The position numbers and the translations under genes were made by a program. A model generated the notes under the pieces. It searched no databases. It was not told the DNA's origin and worked only from the letters and a program-made list of their open reading frames with translations. DNA of 64,000 nt from Camelus dromedarius (lineage: Eukaryota): positions 85,748,001-85,812,000 of the forward strand of contig NC_087437.1 in the NCBI RefSeq assembly GCF_036321535.1. The letters run 5' to 3'. Of the stretch, positions 12,876 to 25,975 are shown one piece after another. Numbering within the stretch: the first letter of the stretch is position 1; each line of letters opens with the position of its first letter.

Positions 12876-13597
12876 TCATGGGGTGAGGGTGATCAAATGC
12901 TGATTATTTTCTTTCAAAATATACAAATTATTTGGGAAATAAATCTTAATTCCATAATTCAAAACCATTTTCTTTTTTACAAAGAGTAACAAGTGTTATT
13001 TCTATTTGCTCTATCCCTTCTTCAAACACTCAATACAAACTGATGATAAACATAATATGACTATTGACTGGAAGTTCTATTAAAAAGTTTGGTGATCAAA
13101 GAAGTCACTGCTTTACATAAAATGAACCTTCATTATTACCTTGGGATTTGGTCTTTCATGTCCTTTGTTTTCTTTGTTAACTTAAAAAGGAACAGGCAGA
13201 TATTTCTAGAATAAAACTCAAATAATTAAAATAATATAACAGGCATGTTTCTGGTTCTTTGTAGCCATATTGGATGCATTTTTAAGAGTCTATTCAGCAA
13301 AGGTACACTGTTTATGAAGAAATATAAAGATACTTCAGCATGTGTGAAGAAAAGCATTTTAAAGGAGGATAAACAGGTACTTATCAACATGAGAGAAGGT
13401 GTTTCACTACAAAACAAAATGACACTTTGGCAGCTGAGGCCATGCAATAGTTTTAAAAAAAAAAAACAGCTGGCTGTATTCTCTCCTTCTAGTTCCACAG
13501 CTTGCCAAACTTTGTGCCAGTCAAAAAATAAAATGTTTTCTATCTCAAATATCTTTTAAAACAAAAATTATTTTGACCTTAGAATAATATTTTTAGC

Positions 13598-13717
13598 TTT
13601 TTTTGGGGGGGGGATAATTAGGTTTATTTATTTATTTTTAGAGGAGGTACTGGGGATTGAACCGAGGACCTTGTGCATGCTAAACATGCACTCTACCAGT
13701 TGAGCTATACCCACCCC
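13598..13717 (-). mobile_element. Camelid Vic-1-type SINE
   Basis: 'gaggaggtactggggattgaaccgaggaccttgtgcatgctaaacatgcactctaccagttgagctatacccacccc'. Flanks TAGAATAATATTTTTA / TAGAATATTTTTA. Confidence 0.92.
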
Positions 13718-14548
13718 GTAGAATATTTTTAATTGATAAAAAATTGGGTAGAGTGAAGTCTTAAGCTTATCACAAAGCATTTTTCTTTTAAAGTTCAAGA
13801 GGGGTCAGAGAATATCAGTATCAGAAAACAAAAACAAAAACAAAAAACAAAAAACACCTATTTACAATATCATTACTTCTCAAACAAAAGAGCCACAAAA
13901 CTCCATCAGTTACATACGATTGCTCTGGTGCCAAAGGAGAGCTGTGTGTTAAGTTTATGTTTATGAAATTTAGAATGGTTACTAGAAGGGCATTCTGCAA
14001 AAATTGTTCTCTGGTGAAGTTAAAGAATGCCAAGAACAAAAATCTTCTTGAGGCAAGATAATTCCCCAGAGTAAATAAAAATACCTGTAACAGTGAAGAC
14101 AAATTATGATGACATTTTATAACACACAGAAGAAGCTTCTTTTAAAATGTAAGATTTGCACAAACCCTTTAGAAAAGCCATTGAAAAGGTCAACTTGTAA
14201 TCCAGCGGTTTTCAGCCACAGTGCAGTGACAAATTGGTGTGTTGCAATCAGTCATAGGGATGTGTTACAGGTAATTTGTTTCAAACAATATTTAAGATAC
14301 TACAGTTTGGGAATGGTTCACTTTTTATGAATTACAGTCTGCTCAAGGTTATCCCTATAAATAACATCACTCTCACTTACATCTCAAACACCGGCTAGAG
14401 AAGGACTATGTCTTTCATGGGTATTTTATTCCTCATAAGTGGCAATGGAGAAGGACTATTGAGAACTATAGAGTTTAAGCATTGTTTAATAGATGCAAGA
14501 TGTTAGGGAAGTAAGGAATCTAGTGTAAATGTTTTGCTTTTTAGAATT

Positions 14549-15025
14549 TAAAGGGAGCAGAAGAGGCCACCCTAAAATGTGCCACATTGCCATGTGGACT
14601 GTTTTGTGCTGAAGGCAATCAAGACCCAGCAGACTCAGGAAAAGTTTTTTACCTCCCCTTTAACTGCCTAAAAGAATTTAGAAAGGGAGCCTGTACCAGG
14701 AAGAGAACTATTGCCAGAAATAACTCTATATCTAAAAGACTATCTGCATGGCAGGGCAAGTATTTGTTCATCAAACGTTTGCTCTTCTCATCTCCCTGTA
14801 AATTGTCTTCCTCCCTTTGGAAGCCCAAGACCCCATCCCTATCCTTAGCTCAGGATGGAATATAAGACTCAACTGACTGACTGCCTTGGAGTCTCATATT
14901 TTTGTGGCTCTCCTGAACACATGAAATTAAATGTTTTTCTCCTGTTAATCTGTCTTATGTCAATTTAATTATTAGGTCAGCCAAAGAACCTAGAAGAGAA
15001 GATGGGAATTTTTTTCTCCCCAACA
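14549..15025 (+). mobile_element. ERV1 solo LTR, MER34-family
   Basis: 5' 'aagggagcagaagaggccaccctaaaatgtgccac', internal 'tataag', 3' 'cctgttaatctgtcttatgtcaatttaatt...ctccccaaca'. 4 bp flanks AATT/AAGT. Confidence 0.8.
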
Positions 15026-16111
15026 AAGTATTGAAAATAAAATTTAAAATAAATATTAATAGGGTATAAAAATGTTGTTTCATGTAACAAAAAGGAAGAG
15101 AAAATGCTCTAAAGTTATTTACAATAAATTCTAAATCAAAAAGTGGCTAACGTAAGCAAAACAAACAAAAAAGATTAACTCAAAATAGAGTTTATTTAAT
15201 TTAGTTTTGTTAAGATTAGCCATAGAAAACATTAAACAAATTGGTAGTATGATGGAACCGGATGAGTTATTGGATTAATTATAAGTACAAAAGAAGAGAA
15301 AAGCATTACAAAGCCACCAAATTAATTAAAATTCTTGTACAACTTGATTGTATATTTTTTTCTGTATTAGGAATATATTACCATTCTGGCTCTAATTATC
15401 AACAATTACCTCTAGAATTTATTCAACTCTTTGACTTAATTATTTTAAGGACAATTTTTGTCCCCGTCCCATCAAAAAATAACAACTGGATTATAGAATT
15501 CACATCAAACAAACAACAAAACAAAAAAGCCAGAGAAAAACTAGGCAGCTAACCAAAAACTCATGGACAGTATCTACTATCAAAGTTGGCCATGAAGTAT
15601 ATCCATGAATTTTAAAATATAAGCATGTGGGAACAAACACCACCACCACAAGTCTTGTATATTTCCATTACCTGTGTAGGAGGAGGAATCAGAGGAAAAC
15701 AGTGGGACATCTAACGTGAAAAATTCCCCAAGAGATGCAGGCATTCACTGGAAATCATAACACACCACATCAAGAACAGAAGCTGAAAATGAGTGCCTTT
15801 ACCCAACTTACATGATTGAGCACAAAAAGCCCACGGTAAGATCTGAAGGAGCTGGAGCTGTGCGGCCCCTTTAAGCTCTAGAAACTGGTACATCTGGAAG
15901 TCTTTCTCAGACTCCCAACCAACAGGAGACTGCTAGGAATGGAATAAAATTGACAAGAAGGGAACAATATATAAAAGAAAGAGAAGGTTCAGATAAAGGT
16001 AAGAAATAGGAATGGAGCAGAAAACTCAGAGGGCAAGCTACCGTATCTCTGAACACTGAAATCAGGAGAGGAGAGAGCTCTGTGAAGTCAGAAAAGCTCT
16101 CCTGAGCTACC

Positions 16112-16292
16112 CCTTGGGGAGTAATCGCCGAAGGACATGGGTTTCTTCTGAGGAGACTGAACGGCCTTAAGTTTACTCTGGTGATCATTTCAAATATCTG
16201 TAAATATGCTTGAAACCACTGACGTACACACATTGAATGGGTGAAATGTATGGTACATGAATTACAACTCAATAAAGCTATATAAAAAAAAA
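16112..16292 (+). mobile_element. L1 (L1MB-like) 3' end
   Basis: 'gggtttcttctgaggagactga...gaatgggtgaaatgtatggtacatgaattacaactcaataaagc' followed by an A tail. Confidence 0.75.
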
Positions 16293-16658
16293 AGGGAAAA
16301 AAGGGCAAGCACATAAAAAATGACTAAGATAAAGATTCAACATACATATAATAGCAATCTCTGAGGAAGAAAGGAAGGAAAACAAACAAATACAAACATC
16401 TTTCATTAAGAAAAACTTTACTGAAATAAAACAATTAGAAAATGATTTGAAACTGCATATTGAAGGAGCACAACACTTATCTGAAAACATTGACAGAAAT
16501 ATCTATTGATTTTCAAAGTAAGTATGTGGAGGAAACATGCATAGAAGTTGATATGTAAGAGACTTTGTTGATGGACCACGAGGGCCAAAAAGCACACTGG
16601 GAGGGACTCAGAAGATGAGGAGGGGTGAGAAATGGGAACATATAGGAGATAAGGAGCT

Positions 16659-16802
16659 GCAGCAGTCTCAAAGTGTGGTCTGTGGACTGGCAGCCTCAGC
16701 ATTACCTACTGAATTAGAATGTCTGAGGATTGAGCTCAGAAACCTATGCTTTAACAATACTGCAGGTGATTCTTATGCATGGTCAGATTCGAAAAACACT
16801 AG
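16659..16802 (+). mobile_element. MER5A (hAT-Charlie MITE), internally deleted
   Basis: 'cagcagtctcaaagtgtggtc...cagcattacct...tttaacaa...caggtgattcttatgca...gaaaaacact'. Confidence 0.75.
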
Positions 16803-16948
16803 ATTAGAGTTAGAGAAATACTGACCTGGAAATTTGGGGTTTCATGTAGTGATTTACATTGACAGAAACACCAGGCATTATGTAATTAGTTCTGCTGGTC
16901 TGAAGCCAGGTAGAGGTGGTAACACTATAAGATTTGGAGGGAAAAATA

Positions 16949-17046
16949 AGCATGCTTAGCATGTACAAGGTCCTGGGTTCAATCCCCAGTACCTCCATTA
17001 AAAATAAACAAACCTAATTACCTCTCCCCTTCCCCACAGAAATAAA
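16949..17046 (+). mobile_element. 5'-truncated camelid Vic-1-type SINE
   Basis: 'agcatgcttagcatgtacaaggtcctgggttcaatccccagtacctccattaaaaataaacaaacctaattacctc'. A box missing. Confidence 0.88.
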
Positions 17047-17671
17047 TGATGTACATGTTTAAATACAGGCTCTCAGAAGGTCAGTTTTCTTTATAACTGA
17101 ATCCCTGTATATGAAGGAACTGAAATCAACATTGCCCAACATTATTCTTAATGGTATCATATATGCAAGATGAATATGAATGTACAATTACCTGCTGAAT
17201 GTGTCTAATGCCAAGCTCTATCTAAATACTGGAAGTCACTTGTGGATTCAGATAATAGTGCATTTCATTGTTACTATAATGGTGAAGTAGAGGAGGGATG
17301 ATTAAATTGAGCTTTATCGTTGTGCATAAGTATTTGTTTTCACTTTGGTTGTCTAATAGACATATGGATATAGCATTTGTGACCTATTTCTCACCACATT
17401 TAACTTGTCATAGCCTTTTAAGCCTGGTTTCTAGTTCTGATTTGTGTTGTTGTTCCTTTTAGGAATCTGAAGAGTATTCTTCATACATTGGTAGGTAGGG
17501 AAGAAGTTTAAGATTTCCATTTCCCTCCCTTTACCCTTTCCCATTCTTTTCTTTCACTGCCATTATTTTTTTCTCCAAACCAATATCCTTATAGTGATGA
17601 GGGTTATGTTCCTTCCCTTCTCCATTCTCAAATTTAGGAGATATATAAACAAAAGTTTAGTGCAATGATTT

Positions 17672-18211
17672 TGTAAAAGAAAAGAACAAACTTGACTGCA
17701 TATTGGATCTATTCCTTTAGCTCTAACTTTTGTGCTCTGTTGCCTGCGCTTAACGTTGTAAAAGAATGTTTCCTATAGCCTGAAATATACCTGATAGTCC
17801 ATTCTCAAGACTCTGTCTTCCAGGCTTGAATTCTAAAGATATAACACTTTTCTTCAATATAGAAATAAAAAGTTGCAGAGCAGAGAGTAACAATTTTCTT
17901 GTGGGAGGTTTACAGGAACATCGTGACCAGACCTCCGTGGACAGCTCCTAGACCAAAGGATTGTCATATCCCCTCTGGAATCTGGCTGGCACCAAGAAGT
18001 TTGCAACAACCAGCCACACCCCCTCCCCTTTTAGTATAAAAGAAGTCTGAATTCTAACTCGGGTAAGATGGTTCTTTGGAACACTAGTCCATCATCTCCT
18101 CCATCTTCTGGCTTTCTGAATAAAGTCACGATTCACTGTCCCACTATCTCATCTCTCGATTTATTGATTTACTGTGGTGTGGTGAGCAGTACAAGCTTAG
18201 ACTTGGTAAAA
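17672..18211 (+). mobile_element. ERV1-class solo LTR
   Basis: Starts TG, TATAAAA at 18035-18041, AATAAA at 18119-18124, ends 'cttggtaaaa'. Perfect 4 bp TSD ATTT (17668-17671 / 18212-18215). Confidence 0.85.
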
Positions 18212-18919
18212 ATTTTATCTTGGGAAATGCTCAGGAAAGTGAGGAGAAATGAATTAGGATGAAGATGAGAGGAAAAATAGAAAACAAAAAACCTGAGATA
18301 AGATGATTCTGTCCCCAGTAATTTGGCAATTGCACCAATAGCTAAGTGATCATGGTATTAATAAGCAGTGTTCAAGAAGCAGTGCAGAGGCAGAATAAAT
18401 GGCTTGGACTTGGACACCTCCATGGACCAGGAAGTAATGTAACTGGGTGAATCAAACCAAGTAGGGCAGCCTAAAAAGCATGTCTCTTGCAAGGGGAGCA
18501 ACTACAGCCAGTGGTTTGCATGCGGGAACCACAGAATTCAAAGACCACTGTCTTCATGCTGCTAATAATTTACGGTTAATCTTTGACTGGGAAATATTTT
18601 TTTAATCACTTTCTGGATAAACCACATGGGCAGAAAAAAAAAGAGCATCAGACAAAATTCAGCCTGTGGATCATCAGTTTAACTCTATCCCAGTTTCATT
18701 TTTTCTCTATTATTTGACAAATAGTTCACACTAAATAGAGCTCTGCTATAAGAGCTACTGCAAATAAAAGTCATACCTACTTTTGATAGGCTCACATATC
18801 TGTCTTAATATAGCTACTTGCTGAGTTAAATCAATAGACAAAAATGCTGTATTGGCAAGGTTCTGTGTTGCTAAGAAAATGGCCAGCATTACAACTGGTA
18901 ATATGTGTACAGAGTGAAA

Positions 18920-18951
18920 TACACACACACGCACACACACACATACACACA
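18920..18951. repeat. Interrupted (CA)n microsatellite
   Basis: tacacacacacgcacacacacacatacacaca. Confidence 0.85.
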
Positions 18952-19739
18952 CGTTTTTTCCAGGTTACAATTTCAAAATTTTGTAGTCAAGATTCAAAGT
19001 AACACATATTGACTATATCAAATATATTAAAGCATAATTCTAGGAAATAAGTGATTAATACTGTACTTCTTTTATGACACTTTTCTAGAGGGATATTATT
19101 AAGCTGAAAACAACTGCTAGATACAATTTTGTGTTCACACTTCAGAAATGACAAATAGAAAGTCATCTAATTTCTTGTCATATTTGCAAAGCAAAAACAA
19201 GACACATTTTTGAACCAAATGCGCACTAATTCCCCTAAATGCAATATTAAGAATGATTTTTGCATTGGTAGGCCATGATTTCAAACTAAATTTAAGACAT
19301 TTTGTGATATTAAGCATGGTCAAATGCAGCATTGTTAAAATTTTGACCCCTTGAATGTATAGTATAAAATGAAAGTGCAAAAGCTAAAAAATGAAATTAG
19401 GATTATTAATGAAAGTCTACTGTTTTGGATATCAGCTATTAAAGGGAGGGTTTTTTTTAAATTGATTTTTCCTTAATAAATATTACTAGGATTTAAAGTC
19501 AAAGGAGAAACTCCATGAAAATAAAATGTGTGCATCTTGGCAGGTGTAAACTATTTTGAATAGTTTCACATACACATTTCATTCTGGCACTCAAACCAAA
19601 AATCCCTGTATTCTCAAAATTTTCCAAACACTTCAGGTTAAGGCACAATTGTGAGCATACAGTTAAGATACTATATTGTGCTGGCTTTTAAAATGCTGAA
19701 ACTCATTCACAGGATGTGTGAACTGTCTAGAACTTTGGA

Positions 19740-19860
19740 AATCAGATACTGGAGACATTCCTTTTTACAAATAAGGAAAAAGGAAACTTCAAAAGTTAGA
19801 GTAAATTGCTCAATGTCACACAGAAACTGAGTCAGGAGAATCAGCATAATACTCCAAGTA
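19740..19860 (-). mobile_element. MIR fragment
   Basis: 'ttttacaaataaggaaaaaggaaacttcaaaagttagagtaaattgctcaatgtcacacag' is antisense MIR core. Confidence 0.55.
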
Positions 19861-20414
19861 TCTTCTACAGTGCTACACTGAAGCTTTTACCTAAAAGTCC
19901 TGTAAGATAACTAGGCAAATACTTTTATAGCTTTCCAGTGGATATGAAGTGTTAATAATTGAAATAATTCTGCACTATTCTGCAGGCAGCTCTAAAGTTA
20001 ACAGAAACATCTTGCATCTCTTATTGCTAGAAGAAATAAAAAAAGAAAGAAATGATATTTCTTCAAATGTTTGAGATTTGCTTATTGTAAGAGTTAAGTT
20101 CCTTCAAATAATTGAAAAAATACATTAATATTCAAAGACAGAAAATAATCTTATTTTATTTAAATATTGCTTGTTACAAACATGGTGGTCAGTTTGGGGT
20201 ACATTTTTACCAAAAATTTGAGGCAAATTTATACTAAGATCAATTCCCATTTATCATATGTAAATATATATAAATATTAATTTTTGCTTTAGAATATGAG
20301 GTTCTAGGTTATGATGGAGTTGATATTAAGTTCTCTAACAGGAACACAATCTCCTTTTAAATGAAAATAATGCAACACACTACAAGGATCCTAGCTCTTT
20401 TCTAGCTAGGAGCA

Positions 20415-22755
20415 ACAACCATTGGTTTGTTCTCTCTGTCTGTGAGTCTGATTTTTTTTTGTTTGTTTCATTTGCTAGTTTGTTGTATTTTTTAGATTCC
20501 ACATATAAGTGATATCATACAATGCAGTCTTTCTCTGTCTAACTTATTTCACTAAGCCTAATGCCAAGTCCATCTATGTTGCAGTAAATGGCAAGATTTC
20601 ATTCTTTTTATGGCTGAGTAGTATTCCATTTTAAATATATATCACATCTTCTTTATCCATTCATCTGTTGATAAGACATTTAGGTTGCTTCCGTATCTTG
20701 GCAATTGTAAATAATGCTGCTATGAACATTGGGGTGCATGTATCTTTTTAAATTAGTGTTTACATTTGAGGGGGATATATACCCAGGAGTGTAATTGCTA
20801 GGTCATATGGTAGTTCTAGTTTTAGTTTTTTGACAAAGCTCCACACTGTTTTCCATAGTCATTGCATCAATTTACATTCCCATCAACAGTGTACAAGTCT
20901 ACATTTTTGCCAACATTTGTTATTTGTGTTCTTTTTGATGCTAGCCAGTCTGACAGGTGTGAGGTGATATCTCATTCTGGCCTTCATTTGCATTTTCCTG
21001 ATGATTAGCAATGTTGAACATCTTTTTCATGTGCCTGTTACCATCTTCATTTCCTCTTTAGAAAAATGACTATTCAGTTTTTCTGCCCATTTTTAATCAA
21101 GTTTTTTGGGTTTTGATACTTATTACCAAGTCCAAACTCCTGCCCAACAGGACAATAAATCTGGAAATAAGATATTGGGGCAAGGAATAATGACTTTACT
21201 GGGAAAGTCAGCAGACCGAGAAGATAACAGACTAATGGCTTGGAGAACCATCTTATCCAAGTCAGAATTCAGGCTTTTTTTATACTAAACAGTGGAGGGG
21301 ATGTGGTTGGTTGCTGCAAACTTCTTGATGTCAGAATCCTTTGTTCTTGCAGCTGTCCAAGTAGGTCAGGTCATGATGTTCCTGTAAATCTCCAAGACAA
21401 ATGTTATTCTCTCTTCTACAACTTTTAAATCTTTATATAAATGGAAAAGTGTTATACTCTTAAAGGTCAGAGCCTTGAGAATGGGCTATCCTGCATATTT
21501 CAGGCTATAGGCAATATTATTTTACAAAAGGTATAGAACCAGCATGACTAAACAGGAAACAGAGCACAGGGTTAGAGCTATTCCCTATTCTTCCCTATTA
21601 CATATTGAATTGTATGAGCTGTTTATATATTTTGGATATTAACCCCTTATTGGTCATATCATTTGTAAATAGCTTCTCCTACTCAGTAGGTTGTCTTTTC
21701 GTTTTGTTTATGGTTTCCTTTGCTGTGCAAAAGCTTTTCAGCTTTTAAGTTTAACTAAGTTCCATTTGTTTATTGTTGCTTTTGTTTTCTTTTCTTTAGG
21801 AGATGAATCCAAAAAAAATATATATTGCTGTGATTTATGTCAAAGAGTGTTTTGCCTTTTTTCCTGTAGGAGTTTCAGAGTATCTGGTATTACATCTATT
21901 TTGGTCTTTAATCTATTTTGAGTTTATTTTTGCATATGATGTTAGAAAATGTTCAAATTTCATTGAGTTACATGTAGCTGTCCAGTTCTCCCATCACCAC
22001 TTATTGAAGAGACCGTCTTTTCTCCATTGTACATTCTTGCCTCCTTTGTCGTAGATTAATTGACCATAAGTGTGCAGATTTATTTCTGAGCTCTCTATTC
22101 TGTTCCATAGATTAATACGTCTGTTTTCATGCCAGTACCACATTGTTTTGATTACTGTAGCTTTGTAGTACAGTCAAAGAGCATGATTCCTCCAGTTTGT
22201 TCTTTTATCTCAAGATTGGTTTGGCTATTCAGAGTCCTTTGTGCTTCCATACAAATTTTGAAATTATTTGCTCCAATTCTGTGAAAAATGCCATTGGTAT
22301 TTTGAGACGGATTGCATTGAATCTGTGTATTGTGGTAGTATGGTCATATTAACAATATTAGTTCTTCCAGTCCAAGAACATGGTATGTAGTTCCATCTGT
22401 TTGTGTCAGTTTCAATTTCTTTTATTAATGTCTTACTGTTTTCCAAGAACAGGTATTTTACTTCCTTAGGTAGGTTTATTCCTAGGTATTTTATTATTTT
22501 TTGATGCAATTGTAAATGGGATTATTTCATTAATTCCTCTTTCTGATAGTTCATTGTCAGTGTATAGAAATGTAACAGATTTCTGTATATTAATTTTGCT
22601 TCCCACAACTTTACTAAATTCATTGATGAGCTCTAGCAGTTTTCCAGTAGTATCTTTAGGATTTTCTATGTATAGTATCATGTCATCTGCAATCAGTGAG
22701 GATTTTACTTTCTCCTTTCCAATTTGGATTCCTTTTATTTCTTTTTCTTCTCTGA
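20415..22755 (-). mobile_element. L1 ORF2 3' half plus partial 3'UTR (degenerate), interrupted by a solo LTR
   Basis: Minus-strand ORF fragments [25 protein letters not shown] and [12 protein letters not shown]...[12 protein letters not shown] are L1 RT/ORF2 sequence, with frameshifts and stops. Confidence 0.93.
21121..21602 (-). mobile_element. ERV1-class solo LTR (same family as 17672-18211) nested in L1
   Basis: Reverse complement aligns by eye along its length with 17672-18211. Flanks TACT/TATT, and the L1 sequence resumes in register ('gata|ttgaattgtatgag'). Confidence 0.87.
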
Positions 22756-23469
22756 TAGGAGCATGACAATCTTAATTGTATCCACAGGAGAACAAGACAG
22801 TCTGGTGGTCTGAAGGTCTATTCCCTTTAGGACATACAACTGAAGGAAAAAAAGATTTTTAACCTGGATACTTAAAAGGAACCAGTGACATCAGTCGTCA
22901 AATTCAGGAAAGACTCTCACACTGGAATAGTGTTTACTCTGGAAGCCCAGAGAATAGAGAAAGGAGGCAGATTTCAGCTTAATATAAGAGATGAGCTGCC
23001 TTAGTCACTAACATCTGGTACCAATGACATTCAAAAAAGCATGAATTTGCCTTCAGATTCAACTAATAGATTTAGCTAATATTCTTAGGATCTCTTTTGT
23101 TACAGTCGTTAAGCAGATCCTTCTTCTTTTAAGACAAAAATCATGGTGCACAATTCATTCTGCACTGAATAAATTCTGTAGGTTTTTTCCAAGAATTAGA
23201 TTCTATGACCTTTATACTAATAATAAATTGGAGTATTTAATGTACATTGTTTATTTGAGGATGACTTATATTTGGTCACAATTTGAAAATTAATACCCAC
23301 AAGCAATTATACTTTAAATAAACACACACAATATTATGTGGCAAAGTACCTTTTGATACAGATTTCTATAGAAACTGTCAAGTAGCAATTTGTACACACA
23401 TTCACAAAATAGATTAGTGTAAGAAAATGTAGAATTTATAAAAAATAATATATTCAGCTTGCAAAACAA

Positions 23470-23570
23470 TGTAATTGTACTTAACGGTACTGAACTGTAC
23501 ACTTAGAAATGGTTAAGACAGTAAATTTTGTGTTTATGTTCTTTACAAAAATATAAAAGAAATAAAAATT
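23470..23570 (+). mobile_element. L1 (L1MB-like) 3' terminal fragment
   Basis: 'gtacttaacggtactgaactgtacacttagaaatggttaagacagtaaattttgtgtt'. Confidence 0.7.
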
Positions 23571-24393
23571 ATATTCATAAATGCTGCTTACTGAGGAGTT
23601 TTATTTGGATAGATAATGCTGCTTAAAATAAAAAAGAAAACAGGTTGAAACAAAACATAATGAATAATATAAAATATGTTAAATGTTTCAAAAAATCTAT
23701 TTTAAAGATACATACTCCTAAAAAATAAATTATATGCTGAAATATTGATAAAGGCCACAGTAGTGATTAAATAGAGTAACTATTAAAGACTTCCAATACC
23801 TTATCTCATTGTGTAAATTAAGTGGTTCTAGTCTGAGAGCTAATGAAAAAGAAATTGTTTTGGAGGTTAATGAATTCTGGTGGTGTGCATTAAAATAGAG
23901 ACCACATGTTGATTAGAAATTACTAACAGGATGCCAGTGAATCATTTACATGGTCATCAACTGAGCCATGGGCAGCAGCAAACAGCATGCCCTAATGAGG
24001 TCCCAACTCTTATTTGTCTGAATGTCTCAAGTGCTATGCATTCCACTAAGTTACAGAAAACTACATAAATACACCACATGTGCATATTATGTGCTGGAAA
24101 AATAAGAACAACAAAAAGGTTTCCTATTATTTCCCATGAGTTCAAATGACAGCCTAATACAAACTGCTTCCTGGGAAAAATTGTTAATATGATGCTTATT
24201 TATCTAGAAATAACCCCTTCACTCTTTTTCCAGGCTTATTACTTGTTTACTTGATTTTAAAATCATGCTGAGCTGCCATTACCATCTCCGTACATCAATC
24301 AGTTGAATGCACTACACTTGTTATACTTAAAATGTCATTTTAGAATGGTTCCATGCTTGAGTTTCTTTGCATATTTAATCTGTATTGTATTAT

Positions 24394-24837
24394 TGTTATG
24401 AGTTGAATTGTGTACCCCCAAAAGATATGCTGAATCCTAACCCCCTAGTAATTCAGAATGTGATATTATTTAGAAATGAGGTCATTGCAGATATAATTAG
24501 TAATCTCAGTAAGAGGGGGTCATACTGGTGTAAGGTGGGCTCTTGAAGTAATTAAGCAGTGTCCTTATAAGAGAGAATAGAGAACACCATTTGATGACAG
24601 AGGCAGAGATTGGAGTAGACTCAGTTGGAAACCAAGGAGTGCTAAAAATGGATGGCCATCTCCAGAAACTTGGCAAAAACAAGGAAAGATTATTCTCTAC
24701 ATGTTTCAGAGGGAGACTAGCCCTGCTTTTTGGATGTCTAGACTCCAGAACTGTGAGACAATAAATAAACTTCTCTTAGTTTAAGCCACCCAGCGGTTTG
24801 TAGTAGTTCATTATAGCAGCTCCAGGAACTTAATGCA
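24394..24837 (+). mobile_element. MaLR LTR (MLT1B/C/D-like)
   Basis: 'tgttatgagttgaattgtgtacccccaaaagatatg...ccagaactgtgagacaataaat...ttaagccacccagcggtttg...gcagctccaggaacttaatgca'. Confidence 0.85.
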
Positions 24838-24969
24838 GTCATACAGGCCAAACAGGCAGAGAAAGTAACTAAGTTTGTTGTTGCTGTTCTGTTTGAGCGA
24901 ACATAGCTGTATTTATCATGACTGTCATCTAAACCCATTTCCCTCCACTTAAAAAAAAAGAAAAGAAAA

Positions 24970-25450
24970 AAGAAACATCAGTTCAGATGCTCCAGACATT
25001 TAAAAAATATTAAGGGAATATTACAGACAACTTCATGCAAACACGTTTGACAATATAAATAAAATGATCAAATTCCCTGAAGGACAAAAATTTCCAAAAC
25101 AGAAAACACAAATAGCTGAATATCTGTTAATGAAACTTCATTGGTAAAGAACCATTCTACAGAGAAAATTCAGAGCCTCAGTTGCTTACTTGGTAAATGT
25201 TACAAATGTTTAAGAAATGATACCTATCCTACACAAGCTCTTTCAGAAAATAGAGGAGTAAACACTTCTCAGTTAATTTTATGAGGTCATTATTAACCTG
25301 ATAAAATCAAAGACATTACAAGAAAAATACAGGCCAACTTTACAATTTTGTGGACACAGACATCAAAATCTTTATTAGGAACAACTACCAAAAACAGCAA
25401 AACAGAATCAGCACTGTACAGAAAGACTAACACATCATGGCCAGATGGAC
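24970..25450 (+). mobile_element. Old L1 ORF2 fragment
   Basis: 'cctacacaagctctttcagaaaatagaggag...ttttatgaggtcattattaacctgataaaatcaaagacattacaag' is degenerate L1 Z/RT N-terminal region. Confidence 0.7.
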
Positions 25451-25833
25451 TTTAAGAATTCGATTTTAGCAATTTCTTTCCAATCACAGAGGGACTGGCT
25501 CTTTCTAATTCTATTTTATAAGGAAAGTAGATGGCAAAAGAGAATACTAGTGTGTTCACCCAGAGATGTCACTAATGTAGCTGAAATCTTTGCACAGGCT
25601 ATTCCTGGCCCCTCTCCACAGGGCACTGGCAGCCACAAATTTAGGTCTTTTACTCCCTTCTTCCCAAGAAGACAGACCAAGCAATTTCTGTTAAAATATT
25701 CTTGTTTTGTTTTTCATTTTTTCCAGAATTGATCCAATCAACAACCCCTTGATGAGACTGGGAAGCTTTCCTGTGTCTGACTGGACTTGATCATTCAAAT
25801 TTCTATAACACATTTGCACTCTGTCTCAGAGTT

Positions 25834-25975
25834 TGCTATGATCTGAACGTGTGTCCCCCTCAAATTCATATATCAAAATCTTAATATCCAACGTGATGGC
25901 ATTAGGAGGTGGGGCCCTCAGGGAAGCGATTATGTCTTAAGCGCGGAGCCTCATGAATGAGATTAATGCCTTTTA
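25834..25975 (+). mobile_element. MaLR LTR 5' fragment (MLT1A-like)
   Basis: 'tgctatgatctgaacgtgtgtccccctcaaattcatat...ggaggtggggcc...gagcctcatgaatgagattaatgcc'. Confidence 0.75.

Noticed and set aside
13245..13559. 104 aa ORF with a nearby acceptor
   Set aside because: No recognisable homology, weak donors, and typical of random AT-rich ORFs.
17672..21602. Single provirus bounded by the two related LTRs
   Set aside because: The LTRs are inverted, have different TSDs and enclose no retroviral internal sequence.
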